Positions 27,201 through 40,100 of a stretch of DNA of 64,000 bases are shown piece by piece. The first letter of the stretch is position 1. Every line of letters starts with the position of its first letter. The notes under the pieces are model-generated. The model made no database searches. It saw only the letters and a list, made by a program, of their open reading frames with translations, and was not told the DNA's origin. Both the position numbers and the translations under genes were made by a program. Source of the stretch: Eledone cirrhosa (lineage: Eukaryota); the NCBI GenBank assembly GCA_964016885.1, contig OZ024744.1, forward strand, positions 5,394,001 to 5,458,000, written 5' to 3'.

Positions 27201-30200
27201 CACCAACTAACTATTGTGTAGCCGGTAGAGACACCAACAAACTGTCGTGTAGCCGGTAAATACTCCAATATACTGTAGACGGTAAATACACCAACAAACT
27301 GTAGCCGGTAAAGAAACCAACAAACTACTGTGTAGCCGGTAAAGACACCAACAAACTATTGTTTAGCCGGTAAAGACAACAACAAACTATTGTGTAGCCG
27401 GCAAAGACAACAACAAACTATTGTGTAGTTGGTAAAGACACCATCAAACTATTGTATAGGCGGTAAAGACACCAACAAAGTATGGTGTAGCCGGTAAAGA
27501 TAGCAACAAACTATTGTGTAGCCAGTAAAGGCACCAACAACTATCGTGTAGCCGGTAAAGACACCAACAAACTGTAGCCGGATAAGACACCAACAAACCA
27601 TTGTGTAGCCGGCAAAGACAACAACAAACTATTGTGTAGCCGGTAAAGACACGAACAAACTAATATGGAGCCGGTAAAGACACCAACAAACTATTGTGTT
27701 GCCGGTAAAGACACCAACAAACTATCGTGTAGCCGGTAAAGATAGCAACAAACTATTGTGTAGCCAGTAAAGACACCAACAAACTATTGTGTAGCCGGTA
27801 AAGACACCAACAAACTATTGTGTAGCCTGTAAGACACCAACAAACTATTGTGTAGCCGCTAAAGACACCAACAAACTATTGTGTAACCGGTAAAGACTCC
27901 AACAAACTATTGTGTAGTCGGTAAAGTCAACAACAAACTATTGTGTAGACGGTAAAGACACCAACAAAGTATAGTGTAGCCAGTAAAGACACCAACAAAC
28001 TATTGTGTAGCCGGTAAAGATACCAACAAACTATTCTGTAGCCTGTAAAGACAGCAACAAACTATTGTGTAGCCGGTAAAGACAACAACAAACTATTGTG
28101 TAGCCGGTAAAGGCACCAACAGACTATTGTGTAGCCGGTAAAGACACCAACAAACTATTGTGTAGCCGGTAAAGACACCAACAAACTATTGTTTAGCCGG
28201 TAAAGACACCAACAAACTATTGTGTAGCCGGAAAAGACACCAACAAATTATTGCGTAGCCGGTAAAGACACCAGCAAACTAATGTGTAGCCGGTAACGAC
28301 AACAAACTATTGTGTAGCCGGTAAAGACACCAACAAACTGTAGCTGGTAAAGACACCAACAAACTATTGTGTAGCCGGTAAAGACAACAATTTATTGTGT
28401 AGCCGGTAAAGACAACAACAAACCAATGTGTAGCCGGTAAAGACACCAACAAACTAATATGTAGCCGGTAAAGACCCTAACAAACTATTGTGTAGCCGGT
28501 AAAGACACCAACAAACTAATGTGTAGCCGGTAAAGACACCAGCAAACTAATATGTAGCCGGTAAAGACACCAACAAACTATCGTGTAGCCGCTAAAAAAA
28601 CCAACAAACTATTGTGTAGCCGGTAAAGACACCAATAAACTATTGTGTAGCCGGTTAAGACAACAACAAACTATTGTGTAGCCGGTAAAGACACCAGCAA
28701 ACTAATATGTAGCCGGTAAAGACACCAACATACTATTGTGTAGCCGCTAAAGACACCAACAAACTATTGTGTAGCCGGTAAAGACACCAATAAACTATTG
28801 TGTAGCCGGTTAAGACAACAACAAACTATTGTGTAGCCGGTACAGACACCAACAAAATATTGTGTAGCCGGTAAAGGCCCCAACAAACTATTGTGTTGCC
28901 GGTAAAGACACCAACAAACTATTGTGTAACCGGTAAAGACACCAACAAACTATTGTGTAGCCGGCAAAGACACCAACAAACTAATGTGTAGCCGGTAAAG
29001 ACACCAACAAACTATTGTGTAGCCGGTAAAGACAACAACAAACTATTGTGTAGCCGATAAACAACAACAAACTATTATGTATCCGGTAAAGACACCAACA
29101 AATTAATGTGTAGCCGGTAAAGACACCAACAAACTATTGTGTAGCCGGTAAAGACAACAACACACTATTGTGTAGCCGGCAAAGACACCAACAAACTAAT
29201 GTGTAGCCGGTAAAGACACCAACAAACTATTGTGTAGCCGGTAAAGATACCAACAAACTATTCTGTAGCCTGTAAAGACAGCAACAAACTATTGTGTAGC
29301 CGGTAAAGACAACAACAAACTATTGTGTAGCCGGTAAAGACACCAACAAAGTATAGTGTAGCCGGTAAAGACACCAACAAACTATTGTGTAGCCGGTAAA
29401 GATACCAACAAACCATTCTGTAGCCTGTAAAGACAGCAACAAACTATTGTGTAGCCGGTAAAGACAACAACAGACTATTGTGTAGCCGGTAAAGACACCA
29501 ACAGACAATTGTGTAGCCGGTAAAGAGACCAACAAACTATTGTGTAGCCGGTAAAGACACCAACAAACTATTGTGTAGCCGGTAAAGACACCAACAAACT
29601 ATTGTGTAGCCGGAAAAGACACGAACAAATTATTGCGTAGCCGGTAAAGACAGCAACAAACTATTGTGTAGCCGGTAACGACACCAACAAACTAATGTGT
29701 AGCCGGTAAAGAAACCAACAAATTATTGTGTAGGCGGCAAATACACCAACAAACTAATGTGTAGCCGGTAAAGGCACCAACAAACTATTGTGTAGCCGGT
29801 AAAGACAACAACAAACTATTGTGTAGCCGGTAAAGACAAGAACAAACTATTGTGTAGCCGGTAAAGACACCAACAAACTATATTGTGTAGCCGGTAAAGA
29901 CACCATCAAACGAATGTGTAGCCGGTAAGGACACCAGCAAACTAATATGTAGCCGGTAAAGACACCAACAAACTATTGTGCAGCCGCTAAAGACACCAAC
30001 AAACTATTGTGTAGCCGGTAAAAACACCAATAAACTATTGTGTAGCCGGTTAAGACAACAACAAACTATTGTGTAGCCGGTAAAGACACCAACAAACTAT
30101 TGTGTAGCCGTAAAGACACCAGCAAGCTAATATGTAGCCGGTAAAGACACCAACAAACTATTGTGTAGCCGCTAAAGACACCAACAAACTATTGTGTAGC

Positions 30201-33200
30201 CGGTAAAGACAACAACAAACCAATGTGTAGCCGGTAAAGACACCAACAAACTATTGTGTAGCCGGTTAAGACAACAACAAACTATTGTGTAGCCGGTACA
30301 GACACCAACAAACTATTGTGTAGCCGGTAAAGGCCCCAACAAACTATTGTGTTGCCGGTAAAGACACCAACAAACTATTGTGTAGCCGGTAAAGACACCA
30401 ACAAACTATTGTGTAGCCGGCAAAGACACCAACAAACTAATGTGTAGCCGGTAAAGACACCAACAAACTATTGTGTAGCCGGTAAAGACAACAACAAACT
30501 ATTGTGTAGCCGATAAAGACAACAACAAACTATTGTGTAGCCGGTAAAGACACCAACAAATTAATGTGTAGCCGGTAAAGACACCAACAAACTATTGTGT
30601 AGCCGGTAAAGACAACTACACACTATTGTGTAGCCGGTAAAGACACCAACAGACTACTGTGTAGCCGGTAAAGACACCAACAAACTATTGTGTAGCCGGT
30701 AAAGACACCAATAAATTATTGTGTAGCCGGTAAAGACACCAACAAACTATTGTGTAGCCGCTAAAGACACCAAGAAACTATTGTGTAGCCGGTAAAGACA
30801 CCAACAAACTAATGTGTAGCCGGTAAAGACACCAACAAACTATTGTGTAGACGGTAAAGATACCAACAAACTATTCTGTAGCCTGTAAAGACAGCAACAA
30901 ACTATTGTGTAGCCGGTAAAGTCACCAACAAACTAATGTGTAGCCGGTAAAGACATCAACAAACTATTGTGTAGACGGTAAAGATACCAACAAACTATTC
31001 TGTAGCCTGTAAAGACAGCAACAAACTATTGTGTAGCCGGTAAAGACAACAACAAACTATTGTATAGCCGGTAAAGACACAAACAAACTATTGTGTAGCC
31101 GGTAAAGTCACCAACAAACTAATGTGTAGCCGGTAAAGACACCAACAAACTATTGTGTAGCCGGTAAAGACACCAATAAACTGTAGCCGGTAAATACACC
31201 AACAAACTATTGTGTAGCCAGTAAAAATACCAACAAACTATTGTGTAACCGGTTAAGACACCAACAAACTATTGTGTAGCCGGTAAAGACACCAACAAAC
31301 TATTGAGTAGTCTGTAAAGACAGGAACAAACTAATACGTAGCCGTTAAAGGCACCAACAAACAATTGTGTAGCCGGTAAAGACACCAACGAACTACTGTG
31401 TTGCCGGTAAAGACACCAACAAACTATTGTGTAGCCGGTAAAGGAACCAACACCTATTGTGTAGCCGGTAAAGACACCAACAAACTGTAGCTGGTTAAGA
31501 CACCAAGACACCAACAAACTATTGTATAGCCGGCAAGGACAACAACAAACTATAGTGTAGCTGGTAAAGACACCAACAAACTATTATGAAGCTGGTAAAG
31601 ACACCAACGAACTGTTGTGTAGCCGGTAAAGACACCAACAAATTATTGTGTAGCCGGTAAAGACACGAACAAACTAATATGGAGCCGGTAAAGACACCAA
31701 CAAACTATTGTGTTGCCGGTAAAGACACCAATAAACTATTGTGTAGCCGGCAAAGACAACAGCAAACTATTGTGTAGCCGGTAAAGACACGAACAAACTG
31801 TAGCCGGTTAAGACACCAACAAACCATTGTGTAGCCGGCAAAGACAACAACAAACTATTGTGTAGCCGGTAAAGACACGAACAAACTAATATGGAGCCGG
31901 TAAAGACACCAACAAACTATTGTGTTGCCGGTAAAGACACCAATAAACTATTGTGTAGCCGGTAAAGACAGCAACAAACTATTGTGTAGCCAGTAAAGAC
32001 ACCAACAAACTATTGTGTAGCCAGTAAAGGCACCAGCAAACTATTGTGTAGCCGGTAGAGACACCAACAAACTGTCGTGTAGCCGGTAAAGACTCCAATA
32101 AACTGTAGCCGGTAAATACACCAACAAACTGTAGCCGGTAAAGAAACCAACAAACTACTGTGTAGCCGGTAAAGACACCAACAAACTATTGTTTAGCCGG
32201 TAAAGACACCAACAAACTATTGTGTAGCCGGCAAAGACAACAACAAACTATTGTGTAGTTGGTAAAGACACCATCAAACTATTGTATAGGCGGTAAAGAC
32301 ACCAACAAATATGGTGTAGCCGGTAAAGACACCAACGAACTATTGTGTAGCCGGTAAAGACACCAACAAATTATTGTGTAGCCGGTAAAGACACCAACAA
32401 ACTATTGAGTAGCTGGTAAAGACACGAACAAACTAATATGTAGCCGGTAAAGACACCAACACTCTGTAGCCGGTTAAGACACCAACAAACCATTGTGTAG
32501 CCGGCAAAGACAACAACAAACTATAGTGTAGCCGGTAAAGACACGAACAAACTAATATGTAGCCGGTAAAGACACGAACAAACTATTGTGTTGCCGGTAA
32601 AGACACCAACAAACTATTGTGTAGCCGGCAAAGACAGCAACAAACTATTGTGTAGCCAGTAAAGAAACCAACAAACTATTGTGTAGCCGGTAAAGACAGC
32701 AACAAACTATTGTGTAGCCAGTAAAGACACGAACAAACTATTGTGTAGCCGGTAAAGACACCAACAAATTATTGTGTAGCCGGTAAAGACACCAACAAAC
32801 TATTGAGTAGCTGGTAAAGACACGAACAAACTAATATGTAGCCGGTAAAGACACCAAGAAACTATTGTGTAGCCGGTAAAGACACCAAGAAACTATTGTG
32901 TAGCCGCTAAAGATACCAACAAACTATTGTGTAGCCTGTAAGACACCAAAAAACTATTGTGTAACCGGTAAAGACTCCAACAAACTATTGTGTAGTCGGT
33001 AAAGTCAACAACAAACTATTGTGTAGACGGTAAAAACAACAACAAACTATTGTGTAGCCGGTAAAGGCACCAACAGACTATTGTGTAGCCGGTAAAGACA
33101 CCAACAAACTATTGTGTAGCCGGTAAAGACACCAACAAACTATTGTTTAGCCGGAAAAGACACCAACAAATTATTGCGTAGCCGGTAAAGACACCAACAA

Positions 33201-36029
33201 ACTAATGTGTAGCCGGTAAAGACAACAATCTATTGTGTAGCCGGTAAAGACAACAACAAACTATTGTGTAGCCGGTAAAGACACCAACAAACTGTAGCCG
33301 GTAAATACACCAACAAACTATTGTGTAGCCGGTAAAGACAACAATCTATTGTGTAGCCGGTAAAGACAACAACAAACCAATGTGTAGCCGGTAAAGACAC
33401 CAACAAACTAATATGTAGCCGGTAAAGACCCTAACAAACTATTGTGTAGCCGGTAAAGACACCAACAAACTATTGTGTAGCCGGTAAAGACACCAATAAA
33501 TTATTGTGTAGCCGGTTAAGACCACAACATCTATTGTGTAGCCGGTAAAGACACCAACAAACTATATTGTGTAGCCGGTAAAGACACCAACAAACTAATG
33601 TGTAGCCGGTCAAGACACCAGCAACTAATATGTAGCCGGTAAAGACACCAACAAACTATCGTGTAGCCGCTAAAGACACCAACAAACTATTGTGTAGCCG
33701 GTAAAGACACCAATAAACTATTGTGTAGCCGGTTAAGACAACAACAAACTATTGTGTAGCCGGTACAGACACCAACAAACTATTGTGTAGCCGGTAAAGG
33801 CCCCAACAAACTATTGTGTTGCCGGTAATGACACCAACAATCTATTGTGTAACCGGTAAAGACACCAACAAACTATTGTGTAGCCGGCAAAGACACCAAC
33901 AAACTAATGTATAGCCGGTAAAGACACCAACAAACTACTGTGTAGCCGGTAAAGACAACAACAAACTATTGTGTAGCCGATAAACAACAACAAACTACTA
34001 TGTATCCGGTAAAGACACCAACAAATTAATGTGTAGCCGGTAAAGACACCAACAAACTATTGTGTAGCCGGTAAAGACAACAACAAACTATTGTGTAGCC
34101 GGTAAAGACACCAACAAAGTATAGTGTAGCCGGTAAAGACACCAACAAACTATTGCGTAGCCGGTAAAGACACCAACAGACAATTGTGTAGCCGGTAAAG
34201 ACACCAACAAACTATTGTATAGCCGGTAAAGACACCAACAAACTATTGTGTGGCCGGTAAAGACACCAACAAACTATTGTGTAGCCGGAAAAGACACCAA
34301 CAAATTATTGCGTAGCCGGTAAAGACACCAACAAACTATTGTGTAGCCGGTAAAGAAACCAACAAACTAATGTGTAGCCGGTAAAGAAACCAACAAATTA
34401 TTGAGTAGGCGGCAAATACACCAACAAACTAATGTGTAGCCGGCAAAGGCACCAACAAACTATTGTGTAGCCGGTAAAGACAACAACAAACTATTGTGTA
34501 GCCGGTAAAGACAACAACAAACTATTGTGTAGCCGGTAAAGACACCAACAAACTGTAGCCGGTAAAGACACCAACAAACTATTGTGTAGCCGGTAAAGAC
34601 AACAATCTATTGTGTAGCCGGTTAAGACAACAACAAACCAATGTGTAGCCGGTAAAGACACCAACAAACTATATTGTGTAGCCGGTAAAGACACCATCAA
34701 ACTAATGTGTAGCCGGTAAAGACAGCAACAAACTATTGTGTAGCCGGCAAAGACAACAACAAACTATTGTGTAGCCGGTAAAGACACGAACAAACTAATA
34801 TGGAGCCGGTAAAGACACCAACAAACTATTGTGTTGCCGGTAAAGACACCAAGAAACTATTGTGTAGCCGCTAAAGATACCAACAAACTATTGTGTAGCC
34901 TGTAAGACACCAACAAACTATTGTGTAACCGGTAAAGACACCAACAAACTATTGTGTAGCCGGTAAAGACAACAACACACTATTGTGTAGCCGGCAAAGA
35001 CACCAACAAACTAATGTGTAGCCGGTAAAGACACCAACAAACTATTGTGTAGCCGGTAAAGATACCAACAAACTATTCTGTAGCCTGTAAAGACAGCAAC
35101 AAACTATTGTGTAGCCGGTAAAGACAACAACAAACTATTGTGTAGCCGGTAAAGACACCAACAAAGTATAGTGTAGCCGGTAAAGACACCAACAAACTAT
35201 TGTGTAGCCGGTAAAGATACCAACAAACTATTCTGTAGCCTGTAAAGACAGCAACAAACTATTGTGTAGCCGTTAAAGACAACAACAAACTATTGCGTAG
35301 CCGGTAAAGACACCAACAGACAATTGTGTAGCCGGTAAAGACACCAACAAACTATTGTGTAGCCGGTAAAGACACCAACAAACTATTGTGTGGCCGGTAA
35401 AGACACCAACAAACTATTGTGTAGCCGGAAAAGACACCAACAAATTATTGCGTAGCCGGTAAAGACACCAACAAACTATTGTGTAGCCGGTAAAGAAACC
35501 AACAAACTAATGTGTAGCCGGTAAAGAAACCAACAAATTATTGTGTAGGCGGCAAATACACCAACAAACTAATGTGTAGCCGGTAAAGGCACCAACAAAC
35601 TATTGTGTAGCCGGTAAAGACAACAACAAACTATTGTGTAGCCGGTAAAGACAACAACAAACTATTGTGTAGCCGGTAAAGACACCAACAAACTGTAGCC
35701 GGTAAAGACACCAACAAACTATTGTGTAGCCGGTAAAGACAACAATCTATTGTGTAGCCGGTAAAGACAACAACAAACCAATGTGTAGCCGGTAAAGACA
35801 CCAACAAACTATATTGTGTAGCCGGTAAAGACACCATCAAACTAATGTGTAGCCGGTAAAGACACCAGCAAACTAATATGTAGCCGGTAAAGACACCAAC
35901 AAACTATCGTGTAGCCGCTAAAGACATCAACAAACTATTGTGTAGCCGGTAAAGACACCAATAAACTATTGTGTAGCCGGTTAAGACAACAACAAACTAT
36001 TGTGTAGCCGGTAAAGACACCAACAAACT
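21291..36029. repeat. Higher-order tandem duplication, copy 2 (~14.7 kb)
   Basis: Offset shifts from 14,662 to 14,661 (1-bp deletion near 32309, CAAATATGG vs CAAAGTATGG) and then to 14,692 (one extra monomer near 34920; ORFs 20939/35631). Collinearity ends near 36029. Confidence 0.92.
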
Positions 36030-37639
36030 ATTGTGTAGCAGTAAAGACACCAGCAAGCTAATATGTAGCCGGTAAAGACACCAACAAACTATTGTGTAGC
36101 CGCTAAAGACACCAACAAACTATTGTGTAGCCGGGAAAGAGAACAACAAACTATTGTGTAGCCGGTAAAGACACCAACAAACAATTGTGTAGCCGGTAAA
36201 GACACCAACAATCTATTGTATAGCCGGTAGAGACACCATCAAACTATTGTGTAGCCGGTAAAGACACCAACAAAGTATGGTGTAGCCGGTAAAGACACCA
36301 ATAAACTGTAGCTGGTAAAGACACCAACAAACTGTAGCCGGTAAAGACACCAACAAACTATTGTGTAGCCGGTAAAGACACCAACAAACTATTATGAAGC
36401 CGGTAAAGACACCACCGAACTATTGTGTAGCCGGTAAAGACACCAACAAATTATTGTGTAGCCGGTAAAGACACCAACAAACTATTGAGTAGCTGGTAAA
36501 GACACGAACAAACTAATATGTAGCCCGTAAATACACAAACGAACAATTGTGTAGCCGGTAAAGGCACCAGCAAACTATTGTGTAGCCGGTAAAGACACCA
36601 ACAAACTGTCGTGTAGCCGGTAAAGACTCCAATAAACTGTAGCCGGTAAATACACCAACAAACTGTAGCCGGTAAAGAAACCAACAAACTACTGTGTAGC
36701 CGGTAAAGACACCAACAAACTATTGTTTAGCCGGTAAAGACACCAACAAACTATTGTGTAGCCGGCAAAGACAACAACAAACTATTGTGTATTTGGTAAA
36801 GACACCATCAAACTATTGTATAGGCGGTAAAGACACCAATAAAGTATGGTGTAGCCGGTAAAGACACCAACGAACTATTGTGTAGCCGGTAAAGACACCA
36901 ACAAATTATTGTGTAGCCGGTAAAGACACCAACAAACTATTGTGTAGCTGGTAAAGACACGAACAAACTAATATGTAGCCGGTAAATACACAAACGAACA
37001 ATTGTGTAGCCGGTAAAGACACCAACTAACTATTGTGTAGCCGGTAGAGACACCAACAAACTGTCGTGTAGCCGGTAAATACTCCAATATACTGTAGACG
37101 GTAAATACACCATCAAACTGTAGCCGATAAAGAAACCAACAAACTAGTGTGTAGCCGGTAAAGACACCAACAAACTATTGTTTAGCCGGTAAAGACACCA
37201 ACAAACTATTGTGTAGCCGGCAAAGACAACAACAAACTATTGTGTAGTTGGTAAAGACACCATCAAACTATTGTATAGGCGGTAAAGACACCAACAAAGT
37301 ATGGTGTAGCCGGTAAAGGCACCAACAACTATTGTGTAGCCGGTAAAGACACCAACAAACTGTAGCCGGTTAAGACACCAACAAACCATTGTGTAGCCGG
37401 CAAAGACAACAACAAACTATTGTGTAGCCGGTAAAGACACGAACAAACTAATATGGAGCCGGTAAAGACACCAACAAACTATTGTGTTGCCGGTAAAGAC
37501 ACCAACAAACTATTGTGTAGCCGGTAAAGACACCAACAAACTATTGTGTAGCCGGTAAAGACAGCAACAAACTATTGTGTAGCCAGTAACGACACCAACA
37601 AACTATTGTGTAGCCGGTAAAGACACCAACAAATTATTG

Positions 37640-40100
37640 TGGAGCCGCTAAAGACACCAACAAACTATTGTGTAGCCGGTAAAGACACCAATAAACTATT
37701 GTGTAGCCGGTTAAGACAACAACAAACTATTGTGTAGCCGGTACAGACACCAACAAACTATTGTGTAGCCGGTAAAGGCCCCAACAAACTATTGTGTTGC
37801 CGGTAATGACACCAACAAACTATTGTGTAACCGGTAAAGACACCAACAAACTATTGTGTAGCCGGCAAAGACACCAACAAACTAATGTGTAGCCGGTAAA
37901 GACACCAACAAACTATTGTGTAGCCGGTAAAGACAACAACAAACTATTGTGTAGCCGATAAACAACAACAAACTATTATGTATCCGGTAAAGACACCAAC
38001 AAATTAATGTGTAGCCGGTAAAGACACCAACAAACTATTGTGTAGCCGGTAAAGACAACAACAAACTATTGTGTAGCCGGTAAAGACACCAACAAAGTAT
38101 AGTGTTGCCGGTAAAGACACCAACAAACTATTGTGTAGCCGGTAAAGATACCAACAAACTATTCTGTAGCCTGTAAAGACAGCAACAAACTATTGTGTAG
38201 CCGTTAAAGACAACAACAAACTATTGCGTAGCCGGTAAAGACACCAACAGACAATTGTGTAGCCGGTAAAGACACCAACAAACTATTGTATAGCCGGTAA
38301 AGACACCAACAAACTATTGTGTGGCCGGTAAAGACACCAACAAACTATTGTGTAGCCGGAAAAGACACCAACAAATTATTGCGAAGCCGGTAAAGACACC
38401 AACAAACTATTGCGTAGCCGGTAAAGAAACCAACAAACTAATGTGTAGCCGGTAAAGAAACCAACAAATTATTGTGTAGGCGGCAAATACACCAACAAAC
38501 TAATGTGTAGCCGGCAAAGGCACCAACAAACTATTGTGTAGCCGGTAAAGACAACAACAAACTATTGTGTAGCCGGTAAAGACAACAACAAACTATTGTG
38601 TAGCCGGTAAAGACACCAACAAACTGTAGCCGGTAAAGACACCAACAAACTATTGTGTAGCCGGTAAAGACAACAATCTATTGTGTAGCCGGTTAAGACA
38701 ACAACAAACCAATGTGTAGCCGGTAAAGACACCAACAAACTATATTGTGTAGCCGGTAAAGACACCATCAAACTAATGTGTAGCCGGTAAAGACAGCAAA
38801 AACTATTGTGTAGCCGGCAAAGACAACAACAAACTATTGTGTAGCCGGTAAAGACACGAACAAACTAATATGGAGCCGGTAAAGACACCAACAAACTATT
38901 GTGTTGCCGGTAAAGACACCAAGAAACTATTGTGTAGCCGCTAAAGATACCAACAAACTATTGTGTAGCCTGTAAGACACCAACAAACTATTGTGTAACC
39001 GGTAAAGACACCAACAAACTATTGTGTAGCCGGTAAAGACAACAACACACTATTGTGTAGCCGGCAAAGACAGCAACAAACTAATGTGTAGCCGGTAAAG
39101 ACACCAACAAACTATTGTGTAGCCGGTAAAGATAACAACAAACTATTCTGTAGCCTGTAAAGACAGCAACAAACTATTGTGTAGCCGGTAAAGACAACAA
39201 CAAACTATTGTGTAGCCGGTAAAGACACCAACAAAGTATAGTGTAGCCGGTAAAGACACCAACAAACTATTGTGTAGCCGGTAAAGATACCAACAAACTA
39301 TTCTGTAGCCTGTAAAGACAGCAACAAACTATTGTGTAGCCGTTAAAGACAACAACAAACTATTGCGTAGCCGGTAAAGACACCAACAGACAATTGTGTA
39401 GCCGGTAAAGACACCAACAAACTATTGTGTAGCCGGTAAAGACACCAACAAACTATTGTGTGGCCGGTAAAGACACCAACAAACTATTGTGTAGCCGGAA
39501 AAGACACCAACAAATTATTGCGTAGCCGGTAAAGACACCAACAAACTATTGTGTAGCCGGTAAAGAAACCAACAAACTAATGTGTAGCCGGTAAAGAAAC
39601 CAACAAATTATTGTGTAGGCGGCAAATACACCAACAAACTAATGTGTAGCCGGTAAAGGCACCAACAAACTATTGTGTAGCAGGTAAAGACAACAACAAA
39701 CTATTGTGTAGCCGGTAAAGACAACAACAAACTATTGTGTAGCCGCTAAAGACACCAACAAACTGTAGCCGGTAAAGACACCAACAAACTATTGTGTAGC
39801 CGGTAAAGACAACAATCTATTGTGTAGCCGGTAAAGACAACAACAAACCAATGTGTAGCCGGTAAAGACACCAACAAACTATATTGTGTAGCCGGTAAAG
39901 ACACCATCAAACTAATGTGTAGCCGGTAAAGACACCAGCAAACTAATATGTAGCCGGTAAAGACACCAACAAACTATCGTGTAGCCGCTAAAGACATCAA
40001 CAAACTATTGTGTAGCCGGTAAAGACACCAATAAACTATTGTGTAGCCGGTTAAGACAACAACAAACTATTGTGTAGCCGGTAAAGACACCAACAAACTA
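37640..40100. repeat. Third copy of the ~2.4-kb distal block of the 14.66-kb unit (matches ~33660-36030 and ~19000-21330)
   Basis: Identical ORF at 19830, 34491 and 38562 (offset 4071). GGTAATGAC at ~33823 and ~37802. Shared GTGGCCGG and GCTAAAGACATC variants. Confidence 0.8.
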
